Shown here: in pieces, positions 37,590 to 51,611 of the stretch
Layout: the number at the start of each line of letters is the position of its first letter
How positions within the stretch are numbered: position 1 is the first letter of the stretch
DNA from: Chrysomallon squamiferum
Lineage: Eukaryota; Animalia; Mollusca
NCBI GenBank assembly: GCA_012295275.1
Contig: CM022672.1
Coordinates: 16,864,001-16,928,000, forward strand
Direction of reading: 5' to 3'
DNA length: 64,000 nt
Notes under the pieces: generated by a model
What the model was told of the DNA's origin: nothing
Database searches by the model: none
What the model saw: the letters and a program-made list of their open reading frames with translations, nothing else
Position numbers and translations under genes: made by a program

Positions 37590-39130
37590 GTTATTATTAT
37601 TATTGTTATTATTATTATTATTATTATTTTTTTTTAATCTAGTTAAATGTACATGGGAATAACAACAAAAATTAAAAAATGGTTATTACTATTATGATTA
37701 TTTTTATTATTATTATTTTCTATTTTTTTTTTTTTTTTAATCTTGTTGAATGTACATGGGAATAACATCAAAAATTAAAAAAGGTATAATAAACCTAATC
37801 CAGTGTAACTGCATTTTACAGTATGGTAATATAATACTGAGAAATTCAGTTATTAATGAAAACCTTTGACTATCTTATTGAATGTATTAGCCCAGTTAGG
37901 TCGATCCCACAGTGTGAGTATTCCCAGAGCTGGTGCCTGTTTCTCTGACTGGTTTACAATATTTCTCAGCTGACTGCAAAGCTGATTAATGTTGAGGATT
38001 TTGCCATCTTTGCCATAGACATCCACTGAAAAGAACTGGGGTAGGAAAGTGTAAAATAATAATAATAATAATAATAATACATATACATATACATATACAT
38101 ATACATGTATATTAAATGGAAAAAATAATATATAAATTTAACTCAGATTTATTTTATTGTTATCAATGATGTCAGTGATTTAAAGATTATAGGCTTATTT
38201 GAGCTATGATGGATAAGAATTAAAAAAAACTTCTTAATGTAGCTATTTAAACTAATTTCTGAACCAGATAGATAATAAAAATATGCTAGCAATAAAATAT
38301 ATAAACATCTATATCTATATATATATATATATATATACTTTCCTATTTCGAACATTTTTCATTTCATGAGACGAAACTGTTCAAGTTGATCACTGGTTTT
38401 AATATATTACAAAATAATTTACAACTTATTTTTCAAAACTCGATATTTGGCACACTGATAAACACCTGGTTATTATGCACTACAGTTATGTGATGTGGAG
38501 GGTTCTCTGAATCTGGAGGAAAACAAACATGAGAATCTATTTTTTCTCCTGGTATTCTGCAGCCACTGAGGATCTGGTAATACTGCATCATACACAATGG
38601 CTTCCCTCCTAGCTTCTCCACGGGCAGATTCTTGCTGATAAAACAGTTAATAAAAAAAATAATTAATAATTAAAAATTAATAATTTCAATTAATAAGTGG
38701 AACAATAACTTTGTAGAACCAAAGAGGTCAGTGTTTTATAGTATATATTTTCTAACAAATCCAGGCATGCACAAAACTGCAGGAATGATTGTTTTGTTCA
38801 TGTTTCACTCATGCCATTTTATCTGGAATCAATATGTTTCTGTTAATGTACAATTTCATTTAGGAAATTAGTCCTGGCAAAGAACCAACTTGAATTTTTT
38901 TGTTGTTTTTTTTGCAGTACAAACATTAAACTTTTTTTCTTATTCAATCCTTTTTGAAAGTGCACAATGTAATCCGTCTTGTAATGGATTCTAGATAAAA
39001 TGTCAATAAAAACCCAACACAAATAATAATAGATCATTAAAAGGAACTGTGGAATTCTATATCATTTGTAAACACACACACACACACACACACATTTTGA
39101 AGGATCACATGTTTCACTCATGCCATTTTA

Positions 39131-39185
<55 letters not shown>

Positions 39186-39808
39186 TTATGCATATTTTTA
39201 TTGCAGTATAAACATTACAGTTTTTTCCTATATAATGCTTTTTCACAGTGCATAATGTAACCAATTAAATTTGTGTAAATATTTTGTTAAGTATGTCATT
39301 CTCGTTGGTTGTTAGAAGATGTCACAGTCCAATTTAACCTATCAAAAAAGGTAATATTGTGATTAGCATGTGTCATTTGGATAACTTCTGTTGATTATAG
39401 ATGTGATGTTTCTGGATATAAATGATACAGTTAAATTATAGTCTTCTAACGGATTCTGGATAAAGCCTCAAAGAAGACCTGTCCCATAATATAATAAATA
39501 AATTACTAAAAAGGTTATAGAATTTTATTTCATTTTTACACCCACATATAAAGATCACATGTATGCATTGCAGTATATTACAAGTGATCAACTTCTTTAC
39601 ATTTCTTTACAAAACAAAAATAAATAAATAAATAAATAATAGAAAATGAAGTAAAAATGTAAAAGAAAAAGAAACACAGTAGATACATAACAAAACCAAA
39701 AATGACTGATTTGTTCACCTGTCTATGAGTTTTTTGTAATCAAGAGCACCTGACACAATCTTTGCAGCATATCTGTAATAAACAAAATAAAAACAATTCC
39801 AGAAAGTG

Positions 39809-39863
<55 letters not shown>

Positions 39864-40964
39864 AAGCATAAATTGTAGTTTCATTAATTTTATAATAACC
39901 ATATTATTTTCTAACTATGTCAGTCTGTAACTGTTTATTTTATCTATTTATTTTTTTAATTTCATATCTATGGATTCCTTAATTTTGATTCTACAGTTTA
40001 TAATATCAAAACAGTAATGCACTGTTTTAGAGCCTGTGTATTTATGAACAGAATAATATTAAGTTCAAATAATTAGGTTCCATGGTTTTCATTTTATGAC
40101 AAGAAGTCTTTTATTATATTATAATATCTGAGTTGTAATAATAATTAAAAACACTTACTGTATCATACTCTCAGTGTCAGAAAAGTTCTGTTGAGGAAAG
40201 ATAACTCCAGGATTAGAATTAACAGGTACCGGTGATCTAATTTCAAGATAAGCAATATTCTTCCACCAATCAGAAAGCTGACAAAACAAAACATTTATTA
40301 ATTATTAATTATGTAATTCTGCTTTAATAATTACATACTTTTGTTTTAAAGTCTGCATATACTGAAACAGGTCTCACTCAGTGTGTCAGTTATATAAAAT
40401 TATATGAAGTAAAATAATTATTTTCACTAAAAAGGTTTATAAATATATTAATATAAATGCATCAAACTGATGCAATTTAGAATATAATTAGTACAAAGGA
40501 TGTTATTCTGACAGAAAAAAAGGATTAAACTAATTTCATTATACAGTTACCTTTTTGCTAAATTTCTTCTGTGATAACATATATAAAATGGATTCAGTGT
40601 TTATTATAATAACTTATACATGAAGTAGTTCTTTAGGATGAGATAAGTAGTTCTGCAGGGTAAGCAGAAGTTGATAAAAAAACAAAAAATGTTTTTACCC
40701 AGTTGGTTTTCTGTTCAGCACGTTGTTCTAACAATTTTTGAAGTTTGGGTCCTGGATCTTTTCTGAAATCTTCCACTATCTTTATGAAACAAAATATTTT
40801 TGTGACCACAGTGATAGAATATATTTTCAGTAATTAATCATATATTCAGTTAATTTATAAAAACATAACATCTGATGCTGAAAATGTTTATTACTTTTAA
40901 AAACTGAAATAATTTAATTAGTAAGTAAATAAATAGGTTTTCTTGTTAATGGAAAAAGTCCAAT

Positions 40965-40996
<32 letters not shown>

Positions 40997-42620
40997 ATTT
41001 TGTTATTTAAATATTTACTTTTTGTGTCCTTTTGAATTCTTCTGCTGTTACTAATGGAGTGATACATCGCAGATATTTCTGTAATGTTTGATCGAGTTGT
41101 GGAATAGGTAATTTTGGTAACGAATCCTGAATAGAAAACATTCGTCCAGGTGACTTCATAATCTTTCCAGACATGGCGCAATAAACTTGCCAACCTTTCT
41201 GTCTTTGAGCCTGTCAAACATGAGAATTTATAAAATAAAACTGTTTTTAAATTGTTCATTTGTTTCCATGGGTATGGTATTCTATTTGTTATAATACACT
41301 GCACAATAGTCATATTTTGAAATTGATATAATATAGTGTAGTGTAGTTCAGTATAATATAATAAATCTAATAAAATATAATATAAATATATTTTATGTTA
41401 TGCTATGCTATGCTAAACTATATTAATTATACTGTAATTTTATGTAAAAATAAATAGAACAAGGAGAGGAGATAATCAAACATAAATTATAATATTTATT
41501 AAATATAAATATGATTTCATTTAAAAGGTAACTGAAGACATAGCTGCATATTACAAAAATATATTTACAGACACATTCCATTTTTGAAACTGTAAAAATT
41601 GTTCAATCCTCCACAAACAACATAAATTAATTTAATTCATGCCTAAGTGTTATCAGATGTTATAACTATTATATATAACTGTGTTATCATTCAATGATTA
41701 TTATGTCCTGTGCTCGTAAAAACAGCAATCTTTGGTTCCTAGCAATATTGGGTATGTTACATAAATACTCATATTTTCAAATTCACAAATATTTTTTTAT
41801 TTTTTGTCCATGGATATGATATTCTATTTGTGACAGTACCATGGTACTTAAATAGTTATATTTTCAGCTGACAGAGCTTTTTTTTTTTCTTAATTGATAT
41901 TATATTTTATTTAGGACAATAAAAATATATTGGTTTATTGTGTAGTACAACCAGATTAAAAACAACTATGAAATTTTTATATTTTACATGGTTTATGTAT
42001 TTCAAAATTTTACAGAATACATTCTTAATAATTCATTTGTTCATTTACACAGTGTAAAGTATATTAATTAATTACTGAGCTGGCTGCGAAATTACTATAT
42101 AAATGAGTAAAAGTTATTTCCCATTAACAGTATTTGAGTATATTAATTATAAAGTAACTAAATTTATTGCCCCAATGACTAAAAGCAATATTACAATAGA
42201 TAAATCTCAAGTGTAAGATTGATTTTAGTCATAAAATACTTCTAGAAATAATAATAATACTAAATAAATAAATAAATAAATAATGAAGTTTATTTTAATT
42301 TATAATTCACCTATAATACTAACACTTGTGAAAAACATAAACATGTTTAAAATAAACATTAATAATAAAAAAAAAAAAAAAAAAAAATTTAATTTTATTT
42401 TTTTTTTTTTTTTAAAGTAAGTATCTTTTATGTGTTGGCGATTACAAGCCGAACCCTTGCTTTCTATTTTCTAATAATTATCTTTTTCTTATACTCGGTT
42501 CTAAATTGTTTTTAAAATATTGTTAAGTGACTAAAAGTTATTCTCGTCGTTTGCAATTTTCATTATTAAATATCATCATAAGATAATACCTACCAGTGTA
42601 TTCTTTACCAATAAACTCAT
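34037..42620 (-). CDS. CRAT: Carnitine O-acetyltransferase (629 aa, 14 coding exons)
   Basis: Exons 42620-42594, 41210-41019, 40779-40699, 40277-40159, 39772-39719, 38634-38466, 38035-37864, 37365-37187, 36604-36504, 36222-36103, 35861-35739, 35171-34973, 34622-34485, 34252-34037 (1890 nt, phases consistent). Motifs LPKLPIPQL, NWLSDWW, NRWFDKTLQ, catalytic YEHTTAEGPP, KLSPDAYIQ, TYESASLR, GRTDTIRS, GIDRHLLG, carnitine-binding LSTSQ, FGPVVPDGYGFCYNP, and C-terminal AKL. The 27-nt first exon is less certain than the rest. Confidence 0.96.
35551..35687. repeat. Long near-perfect inverted repeat (hairpin) in CRAT intron 11
   Basis: Left arm attttgaattagaattatatgcaccaac...cacacacatacaccttagaaaca, 4-nt loop tgag (35630-35633), right arm tgtttctaaggtgtatgtgtgtgtgtgttggtgcgtataattctaattcaaaat. 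Confidence 0.92.
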
Positions 42621-43081
42621 TTTCAATTATCAGACCTGAAGAAAGTTGTCAGTACAAAGTCCAAAATTCTTGGCTCAAGGAAAGTGACGCTTCAGAACTC
42701 CGACCAAAGTACAATCTGTTGAAACAAAAGTAGACTGTCTTTCTAAGTCAGAGTTTGCTTTGAACAGCCAATAAATACCAAACAATCTAACATGGAATGG
42801 TCGAGTAAATTTATCACGAAATTAAAAAAGAAATTATAAAATTACAATAATCAAAAATTGTTTTAAAAAGTTTTGTTCTTACTTAAATATATGCTTTCAT
42901 AAAGTAAAATCAGTAGTAATAACAACAACAACACAAACTGTCAAATGCAAGCTTAATTATTACTATTACTACTAATAAATAAATCCATAACTGTCTTTAC
43001 TAATTTCAGCAAATCAGACGGTGCTCGTTTGTGTAAGGTATATCACTTTGAATAGGAAACGGAAATAGAAAATCTTTTGCA
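42621..43081. promoter_or_regulatory. Putative bidirectional promoter CRAT/PTPA
   Basis: Divergent ATGs are separated by 461 bp, with local CpG retention. ETS-like AGGAAACGGAAAT lies just 5' of the PTPA ATG, and a CCAAT box is at ~42768. Confidence 0.72.
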
Positions 43082-46000
43082 ATGGCTGAGAAAGAAAGCG
43101 GTTTGTTATTTTATATGTCAAAATATATTACAAATCGAATTAGTAATAATACTACTAATAAAATGCAGTTGCTCAATTATCACATGTTAACAAAAATTCC
43201 ATTTAAAATACTGAATGAACTAGATTATTCTTGTCTATGCAACATTATTAAGTTATTTTGATCACAAAACCAGAAAACATTGTTACGATTGTACAATCGT
43301 AACAGTTACAATGTAATTTGTATTATTCCATTTTATTTATTGTAATTTGTAACAATTGTTACATGAACATTTTAAATGAATCAGTATTATTGATTGTTTA
43401 TAACTAATTCAGTGATTATTTTTTCCCCCAGTAATTTAAATTCAGTTCTGAAATATTTGAAAGATTTGGAATAAAATATGCATATTAAAAGTTAAAAAGA
43501 AAAAGTTTAAAAAAATAAGAAAAAAGAAAAAGAATTAACAACAACAATAATTAAATAAATCAATCTATGAAACAATTAATTTACCTTCAAATTCTCAAAA
43601 ACACACATTTTTGTTTTGAAATACATAAAAAACTAAAAAATGCATTTCTGTCAGTGACAAAGTTTTTAGTCAGAGGTTCCTCAATGTACAATGTCAGTAG
43701 AAAACAGGTTCTTTTTGTTGAGAGGTGATGGAAATCAGTGTAATTACCACCAAATAATGACTTGTTGCATTCAGGTGGCCATTACAGCTTACTGATATCC
43801 TCTCTGCATTGGCGAGTTTATGAATTTAATGTGTCTAGAGTGGTCACATGCACACTGTTAATCTGACTTGTTATTGAGAATGTGTGATTCTGCGAGCACT
43901 CTGCATATTGCACACCTAATTTTTGTACACCATATTATTGCTGGATCTTGTATGGTTTAACTTTTTAGTGTTTATTGCATTGAGATTCATGTTTTCAGAA
44001 CATTTTATTTCATACTTATACCTTTTGTTTTAAAATGGTAGTAAGTTTCTTTTGATCATATAAAGATATATGTAACAATGTTGATATGTTGTATTTTACA
44101 TTATAGCAAATCAGGAAGTCACAGCTGATCTGGAAGGATGTATCAATTTGGAGACACATGAGTTTAAAACTCCACAGAAAGAAATAAAAACACCTGAAGA
44201 TATACCTAAATGGGTAAAATCAAAGGTATTGTTATTTTAAGTTTAACTGTTATTGTCAGGGTTGAGAAACAATGTTCTGGGATTTGAAAAAGAAGAATTA
44301 GCACCAATATGGAAAATAGAAACTTCTAAGATGTAATATCTTTTGTAAATATGTTAATCAATGTTTTTAAAATACAGTTTAGCTTATACTTTTTGGTATT
44401 CTTCAGTAATAAAATATATAAGATGTCACCATTGCAAAATATTTTGGGACATTATCAATAATAATGTCTAAGTTATTTTCTACCAGAGCTGGTATAACAT
44501 ACAAGCAAATGATTACTTTCCATGAATGATTTTCTATGAAAAGTTAAAACTTAAACAGTAGTTATGGGAATCAAAAATGATTATCCATGGTTTATTTCAC
44601 TATTGCTTTATTTAATTATTTTAAAATGGAGTAAATGTAGTCAAAGAGAGGTTAAACAAGCATTAACAAACAGTACAAACTGAGAGTGTTAATAAAAATG
44701 ACACAGTCTTTATCTTTATCATTTAAAAGAAAAAATGTTGTAATTCTTGTTTTTCCCTTTTTGATTTCAGGCATATAATGATCTTCTTGGTTATATTCTC
44801 ACAGTGAATGATGCTATCAAAGGCAAGAAAATCACTGATAAATATCCTATATCTGAGGTGAGTATTACAAAGGCTATTTATTTCTGACAAAATGTGGAAT
44901 ACTGACCCACAGCATAATAGTATGCTCACTTCTCCTTAGTCTGTTTTATTAGGCAGTTTGTTTGCTATTTTGCTGTACTCACATGTAGTTAGTGTTTTGT
45001 TCTTGCATTCTGTACATGACATAACATATATTAATTTGAAAAAAATTAAAAATTATGAAATCAGTAGTAATACTAGTTTGCAATCATTAAAAAAATATAT
45101 GTGTGTTTTGAATTCCTTTTTCTTTATCTAAATTAACAAATGTGTGAGTATAACAAACTCTAAGTAATAAAATAATAATTATGGTATGATAAAAACAGTG
45201 ATAAAATAAAGCATGAAAATAAAAACAACTATTGGTTTAAAGAAATAAAATCACAGATTACCAAAACCTGATAGCATGCTACTTTGTTTATGCTGCAGAT
45301 GTGTGACAAATTAACAGCAATGCTTGATGACTTCTCTTTATGGATAGATGAAATACCACCAATAGAACAACCACAACGATTTGGAAACAAGGCCTTTCGA
45401 GACTGGTTCAGCAAGTTGGAACAGGTTCTTTTAATAATTATTTATATTATTTTAGGGTCTGTTTTCAAAAAATTGGATAACTGTCATGACATTTTCTTTA
45501 TTATATAAATATTGTTAATTAAGATTACTTTGTTGTGTATTTAACCATCAGTCAGTGTCCTTATTAAGTTCTCTTCTAGTTTCTTTTACCAGAGACCATT
45601 TGTTAAAAATTGTGAAATCTGCAGAGCTAAATAGATTTCCAGAAAAAACAACAACAACAAATCAACTTTATCTTTCTAGATTCATACACACATGTAATGA
45701 AAAAAAAGTTATCTTTTAAGTTTGATAACATAGAGATTTTGTAGAATGAGAAAAAAACATCTGGAATAGACACATATATAAATAAAAAAGTAAATATGAG
45801 ACATGGGAAAACAGAACTGCAGATGTGTTATAGGTTGTTTTTTTAATTATTATTATTTTTTAAAGATTATAAGATATATATATAAAATAGTTTACTGCAT
45901 TATAAAATAAAGACACATTTTAAACATATTACGGGAAAAAGCTTTCCTGTATAATTAATCTTTACAACTTAAGGTGTATTTATTAAAATGTAAAGGGTTA

Positions 46001-48470
46001 TTATTTAGAATAGTGAAGCCTCTTTGATGAAAGTTTTACCAGAGAACATGCATCCTGCTATACCTGAACTAAGATGTTACCTTGTGGAGAGTGTGGGCAA
46101 TTCAACAAGAATAGATTACGGAACAGGTACATACATAGATACAAATAACATACATACACACATATATATTCACATATGTCATCTATATGCCTGATGTGTA
46201 AGAAAGTACACACAAAATATCTCACTACACAGCACAGTGGGTTTCCACTTTAATTAGTAAGATCTTTAATGTAATGCATGAATAGATACAATATGTAGCA
46301 ATGTTGCGTATCTGTGTCGTTAAATAAAACAATTTGTTTTCTTTTCATATATCACTGACTCATATCTCTAGTCTGTTAAATCAAAAGAAATCACAACAGT
46401 ATTTCTGTAATTGTGAAATAATATTGTAAGTGGATACATCATAACATGATTATCTTTAGCATTGGTTGATGAATTATATTAAAACTTAGACTATCGTAGC
46501 TTGATCTGTAATGCTACATTCTGCATACTGTTAGTTAACCCTCAGAATAACGATTTCACTTCCAGGTCACGAGATGTCGTTTATAGCTTTTCTTTGTTGT
46601 CTCTTCAAGTTAGGAGCTCTAACATCAGAGGACTACATTGCTTCTGCTCTCAAGGTATTCTTTAGGTAAAGTCATTTTTCTATCCATTAACTTGTTTTAC
46701 TTTAATTAATTTTATTTTATTATTATTTTTGTAAATATATTTTATTTTTATTATTATTTTTTTTTTTCCTTTTAATTTATTATTATTATTTTTTTTTTTT
46801 TTCATTTTAATTTATTATTATTTTTTTTTTTCATTTTAATTTTTTTTTTTTTAAAAAAATTTTTTTGTATCTTATTTTTATTTGTTGACCAAAATGCTGT
46901 AACATGTCTGGAGTAAAGAATATAAGTGAGTTGTTTTTAAACAGGTACACATTTCTTGTACGCAAACTTCAGACTGTGTACAGAATGGAGCCAGCTGGAA
47001 GTCACGGGGTGTGGAGTTTGGATGATTATCATTTTATGCCATTCTTATGGGGCAGTTCACAGCTTATAGGTAAAAAAATAACACTTCTTTTCTGTTAAAT
47101 CTGAAATACTTCAGAATCTTTTTTCACAACTGTTACAGTTTTTAGCTTGGTTAGACATTTCATTTACAGTCTCACTGCAGGTAGAAATGCAGGTTGAAAT
47201 AGCAGTTTAATTTCCCAGTAGTTAAAACAGAGTGGGTAAAATTTTGTCAGATATATTTCTGTTAGGGTTTTATTATATATAAATAACAACCTCAAGTACA
47301 CAAAATATATTTTTAGTTATTTTGTTCCAATTATGGTAGTAAAAGAGTAAATTTAAGAGATACTTTAATTTATATTATTATTATTTTTAAATGATTTAAA
47401 TGCAGTAGGGCTATTTTATTTTGTCATATATACCTTGGTACCTTGATATTATCATGGAATTTCAACTCTTATCATTTTTTATATTTGATTTCAGATCATC
47501 CAAGGATATTTCCTAAATCCTTTGTGAAACCAGAAATCTATGAACATTTCAGCAAGGATTACATGTTTCTATCAAATATTAAATATATTAATGAGGTTTG
47601 TTCAGATTCTTTTTGGTTCTTAATTTTTGATTTTCTAAAAATAATGGAAGGTGTTTCAATACAATACAATGTCATTCGGTGTAAAACTCCATAATATAAC
47701 TTCTGCTTTTTTCTATATATTTAACATAACTTTGTATATTTGTCTATCTATTTATCTATTAATTAATTAATTAATTAATTTATTTATTTTTTAAAATACA
47801 GGTTAAAACAGGCCCATTTGCAGAACATTCAAATCAGCTGTGGAATATAAGTGGGGTTCCAAACTGGATGAAAGTGAACTCTGGGTTAATAAAAATGTAC
47901 AGAGCTGAGGTGAGACAAAATTAAAATTGCTGATAAAAATGGCATCCTATTCTTTTTTAGTCATGATATTTTCTTTTGTGAGAATATTTATGTCACATAT
48001 AGCAATTTACCTAATTCAGGTATTGGTTTTCCTTTTTTAACACTTTTATCACATATCAAAGAAATAATCAATAAATGGGAATTAACATTTTATGGGTTTT
48101 TTTGGTTTATATACGGGAATAAGATATAGCTCTATGGTGGATTGTTGAAATTAAGACACATCTTCTTCAGTATATCCTCTGGACTATTTTGTATTCCAAG
48201 CATTTTCATGTTTTGTCTTGTCTGTGCATTTTAACAGATAGAAATATGTTTTCTCTCTCAAATCATATTGATTGACAAAACCTGGTTGACATGAAATAAT
48301 CAAAAAGAATAAAATGAAAGTTGAGATGTTGATAATTATTCAGTCATTCCTTGATCTCCTTTTTAAAAAAAATTTTTCTCTCTCTTTTTTTTTTTCAGGT
48401 GTTATCAAAATTCCCAATCATTCAACATTTTATGTTTGGAAGTTTGCTCTCTGTTGAACCTGTCTCCTGA
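43082..48470 (+). CDS. PTPA: Serine/threonine-protein phosphatase 2A activator (324 aa, 10 coding exons)
   Basis: Exons 43082-43100, 44107-44225, 44771-44857, 45299-45424, 46009-46126, 46566-46665, 46945-47069, 47495-47595, 47802-47909, 48399-48470 (975 nt). Motifs [96 protein letters not shown]. Confidence 0.97.
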
Positions 48471-48560
48471 CCCGGGCAGGACAAAGACAAAATGTTTAGG
48501 AAAGAGAATTGTGCACCATTGCACATCTTGACACCATCACAAGTACTCCAATAATGAGAA

Positions 48561-48770
48561 TGCTAGAAAAATAATTTTAAAAAAAACCAAAGCTTTTCTG
48601 TAATAAAATTTTTGTATGAAAAATAATTTTTATAAGGATAATTACAAGGATCTGAAACTCAAATTGCTAGAAAAAGTAATTTTCAAAAAACCAAATCTTT
48701 TTCCGTAATAAATTTTATTTACGAAAAATAATTTTTATAAGGATAATTACAAGGAATTGAAAACTTAAAA
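48561..48770. repeat. ~104-bp diverged tandem duplication in the PTPA 3' UTR region
   Basis: tgctagaaaa...taatttttataaggataattacaagga...aaact occurs at 48561 and 48665. Confidence 0.88.
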
Positions 48771-50669
48771 TTTACATGCCTTTCAGCTTGGTATTAAATT
48801 TATTTTGGAAAGGTGCCTGTTACTGTGTACTCAATTACAGCTGGTCATATACAAATGTGTATTCACTTCTACACACGCTTATGTTATAATAGTAGTAATT
48901 AAATCTAACAGTGCTTGCATATATGTTATGCATTTGTTTCTGTGTCATTTGTTAACAAACTAAGAGATGAATAAATTATTAGCTTGTTGTTGTTGCTTTT
49001 CAGCAAAAGGCAACCCGTCTTGTAAAGTTGTGATGGCTCAAATTAGTTAATATTTTGTGTGAGCTGTATGTTAAAAAAAAAAATAATGTACATATTTTAC
49101 ATTTGTACATAGTCCATGTGTCTCCTAAATTTGAAATAAACGTTTTAGACCACTGTGTTTGTTTCATATATAGAAAAACCCTATAGTAACTGAGCCGTTT
49201 TAAATGTCGCATTTTATGTTACCCTCGTTTTTTGAATCCTAACTTTCAGTTATTTTTTATTTTCATTTATAAAAGAATATCCAGACTTTGGAAACAAAGA
49301 GAGGATAATTTTCTACAAGTAATACAAAAAATAAGATATCCCTGTATGTGTGATGGCAGTAACAAATATTTAATTTGACAGAGTAAGGAAGCGTTACTCC
49401 TCAGGCCTTATCGAAGACATTTTGCAGCGAGAGAAAAAAAAATTGTTACATTGAGTAGCACAGTTTTTTTTTTTTTTTTTTTGTACAACTTTATCGTTTA
49501 AAATGTCGGTTGGTAATTTTATACGTCCTTTGTTATGGATATGCTCTTTTGGATTTGAATTGAGGGTGTGAGCATGTAATTCACCGTGTGCCAAATTGTT
49601 AGTTTGTAAGTAGATCTAGTACATGGTTTCAAATATTTATCTAGGCATATCATTTATCTTACTATTTTTTTTTTTTTTTTTTAATTAATGCATTTCACAA
49701 AGGTATGATTCATGTTTAGGAATCGTTTCCTCATGAATTTTGCTTACTAATAATAACCCATTGTTTAGAAGAAATTGTTTCTTGAAAACAGAAACTCGAT
49801 TCTTTTCCCCATTTTTATTAAAAATCAAACTTAATATCTATATTTTAAGCTCAGTGAACTTATAAATTTACCTCCACGTTATTATTTTATCTTAATTTTA
49901 ATCATTAAGAATTGGATTACTGTTATTACGTAAGACGAGTTTGTTTATTACATATATATACAAACATACTTCCTCACATTTACACACGAGAAATTTAGAA
50001 CTCGCACATTCACATTATGTTGATTCATCGCACATGCACGAGTAATAACTTGTTAAATAATAAAAAACATTAAATATTAATTGCTACGTTCTCAAATATT
50101 TCCATTTTATTAACATTACCTAAAAGAAGAATTAACAAAACAAAAAAAACAGAAAAAAAAAAGTATTATTTATATTTGTGTACGTCTGTCTTCCTGTCGG
50201 CAGATTATCATTTAATTTTAATACAAGTACTTATATATGTAGGTATATGCGTACGAACGTACACAACTATGTATCGAGATTAAGTTTTTCCATTTGTAGA
50301 CAGACAAACTGACCGATATGATTCCTACATATATTAGACTTTGTGAAAGTTCAGTTCACTCTATATTAGAAGATGCTACAGTGATAGCTTTAAAAAAAAA
50401 AAAAAAAAAATCGATTATTTCCCAGCTCGTTGATATCTGTCAACAAGCGGTCACCTTGGTTATGACCTTGTATAAACTATAAGCAATCCTTATTAAGGAA
50501 GGGCTAAATGCTAGATTATTTTTTACATTTGTGCAGATGCAGTTTGCTTTGTTATATACCTGAAAAAGCTAAAAACTGTATAATAAACTTTAATCCATTC
50601 ATACACGTATAAAAGGAGATTTATATGAACGTAGATACACACAACATATATTTTTAAATCTGTATCTAT

Positions 50670-50702
50670 CTATCAGTAACACAAACGCATTTATATACAT
50701 GC

Positions 50703-50741
<39 letters not shown>

Positions 50742-51015
50742 TACATAAACATAGATACACAGCTATGCATGTATACGTATACATAAACCATAAATACACA
50801 CATACATTCATATATAAAATCATTTATATATATAGATGTGTATATATATATATATATTTCTATAACACGCATTTATATAGATACATATACATACATAAAA
50901 ATACATAAACATAGATACACAGATAGGTATGTAAACATATACATAAACCATAAATACATAGATAATATATAAATATACATACATACATACATACATACAT
51001 ACATACACATAAATC
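50670..51015. repeat. Degenerate ~180-bp duplication made of TA/CA/TACA microsatellite mosaic
   Basis: acgcatttatata...catacataaacatagatacacag...atacataaaccataaataca is present twice. Confidence 0.75.
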
Positions 51016-51545
51016 GTACGTTCCATATATACAAACATATGTATACATATTCATAATTTACCTTTATATATTCACGTACTTACAGATTTATATTTATATA
51101 ACTGATATACATGTAAAAAGTAATTGATATATACTTATAGATAGGTATATGACAGAACTTGAGAAACTTTACACAAAAAATATCCACAGTTGTTTATCAG
51201 ATAAATAATTCATCATAAACCTGTGACAAAAACTGATGTTATTCTGCTAAATTAAACAAACGTTATACAGAACTTTTGGTTAAAATGCGCTCTAGGTTAT
51301 GGTTACTAAAAGCAACAAATCTGTTAAGTCTTTTGTTTTTCCCAGATTCCCTTTTCTTAATAAATAATCCGTATCAACAAATTACCACTCATATGTGTAT
51401 ATGAATCTCTGTCTGTCTGTCTTCTGTATAAATGTATGGATGGGTATGTTTCGGCGAGCGTGTGTGTATGTGTGTGTGTGTATATATATATATATATTAA
51501 ATATTTATTTACTCACATCAGTATATTTACACCACAGATAAAGAA

Positions 51546-51611
<66 letters not shown>

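Noticed and set aside
34037-42620. Alternative call as choline acetyltransferase or CROT/CPT
   Set aside because: The STSQ carnitine motif, C-terminal AKL, ~629-aa length without an N-terminal membrane anchor, and PTPA/DOLPP1 adjacency all favour CRAT.
43680-43960. GC-richer patch in PTPA intron 1 considered as a snoRNA or alternative exon
   Set aside because: No convincing C/D or H/ACA architecture and no well-supported in-phase exon found.
49394-49650. Minus-strand ORF running into a poly(A) tract, possible retrocopy or LINE 3' end
   Set aside because: No recognisable domain or target-site duplication, and poly(T/A) runs are ubiquitous here.
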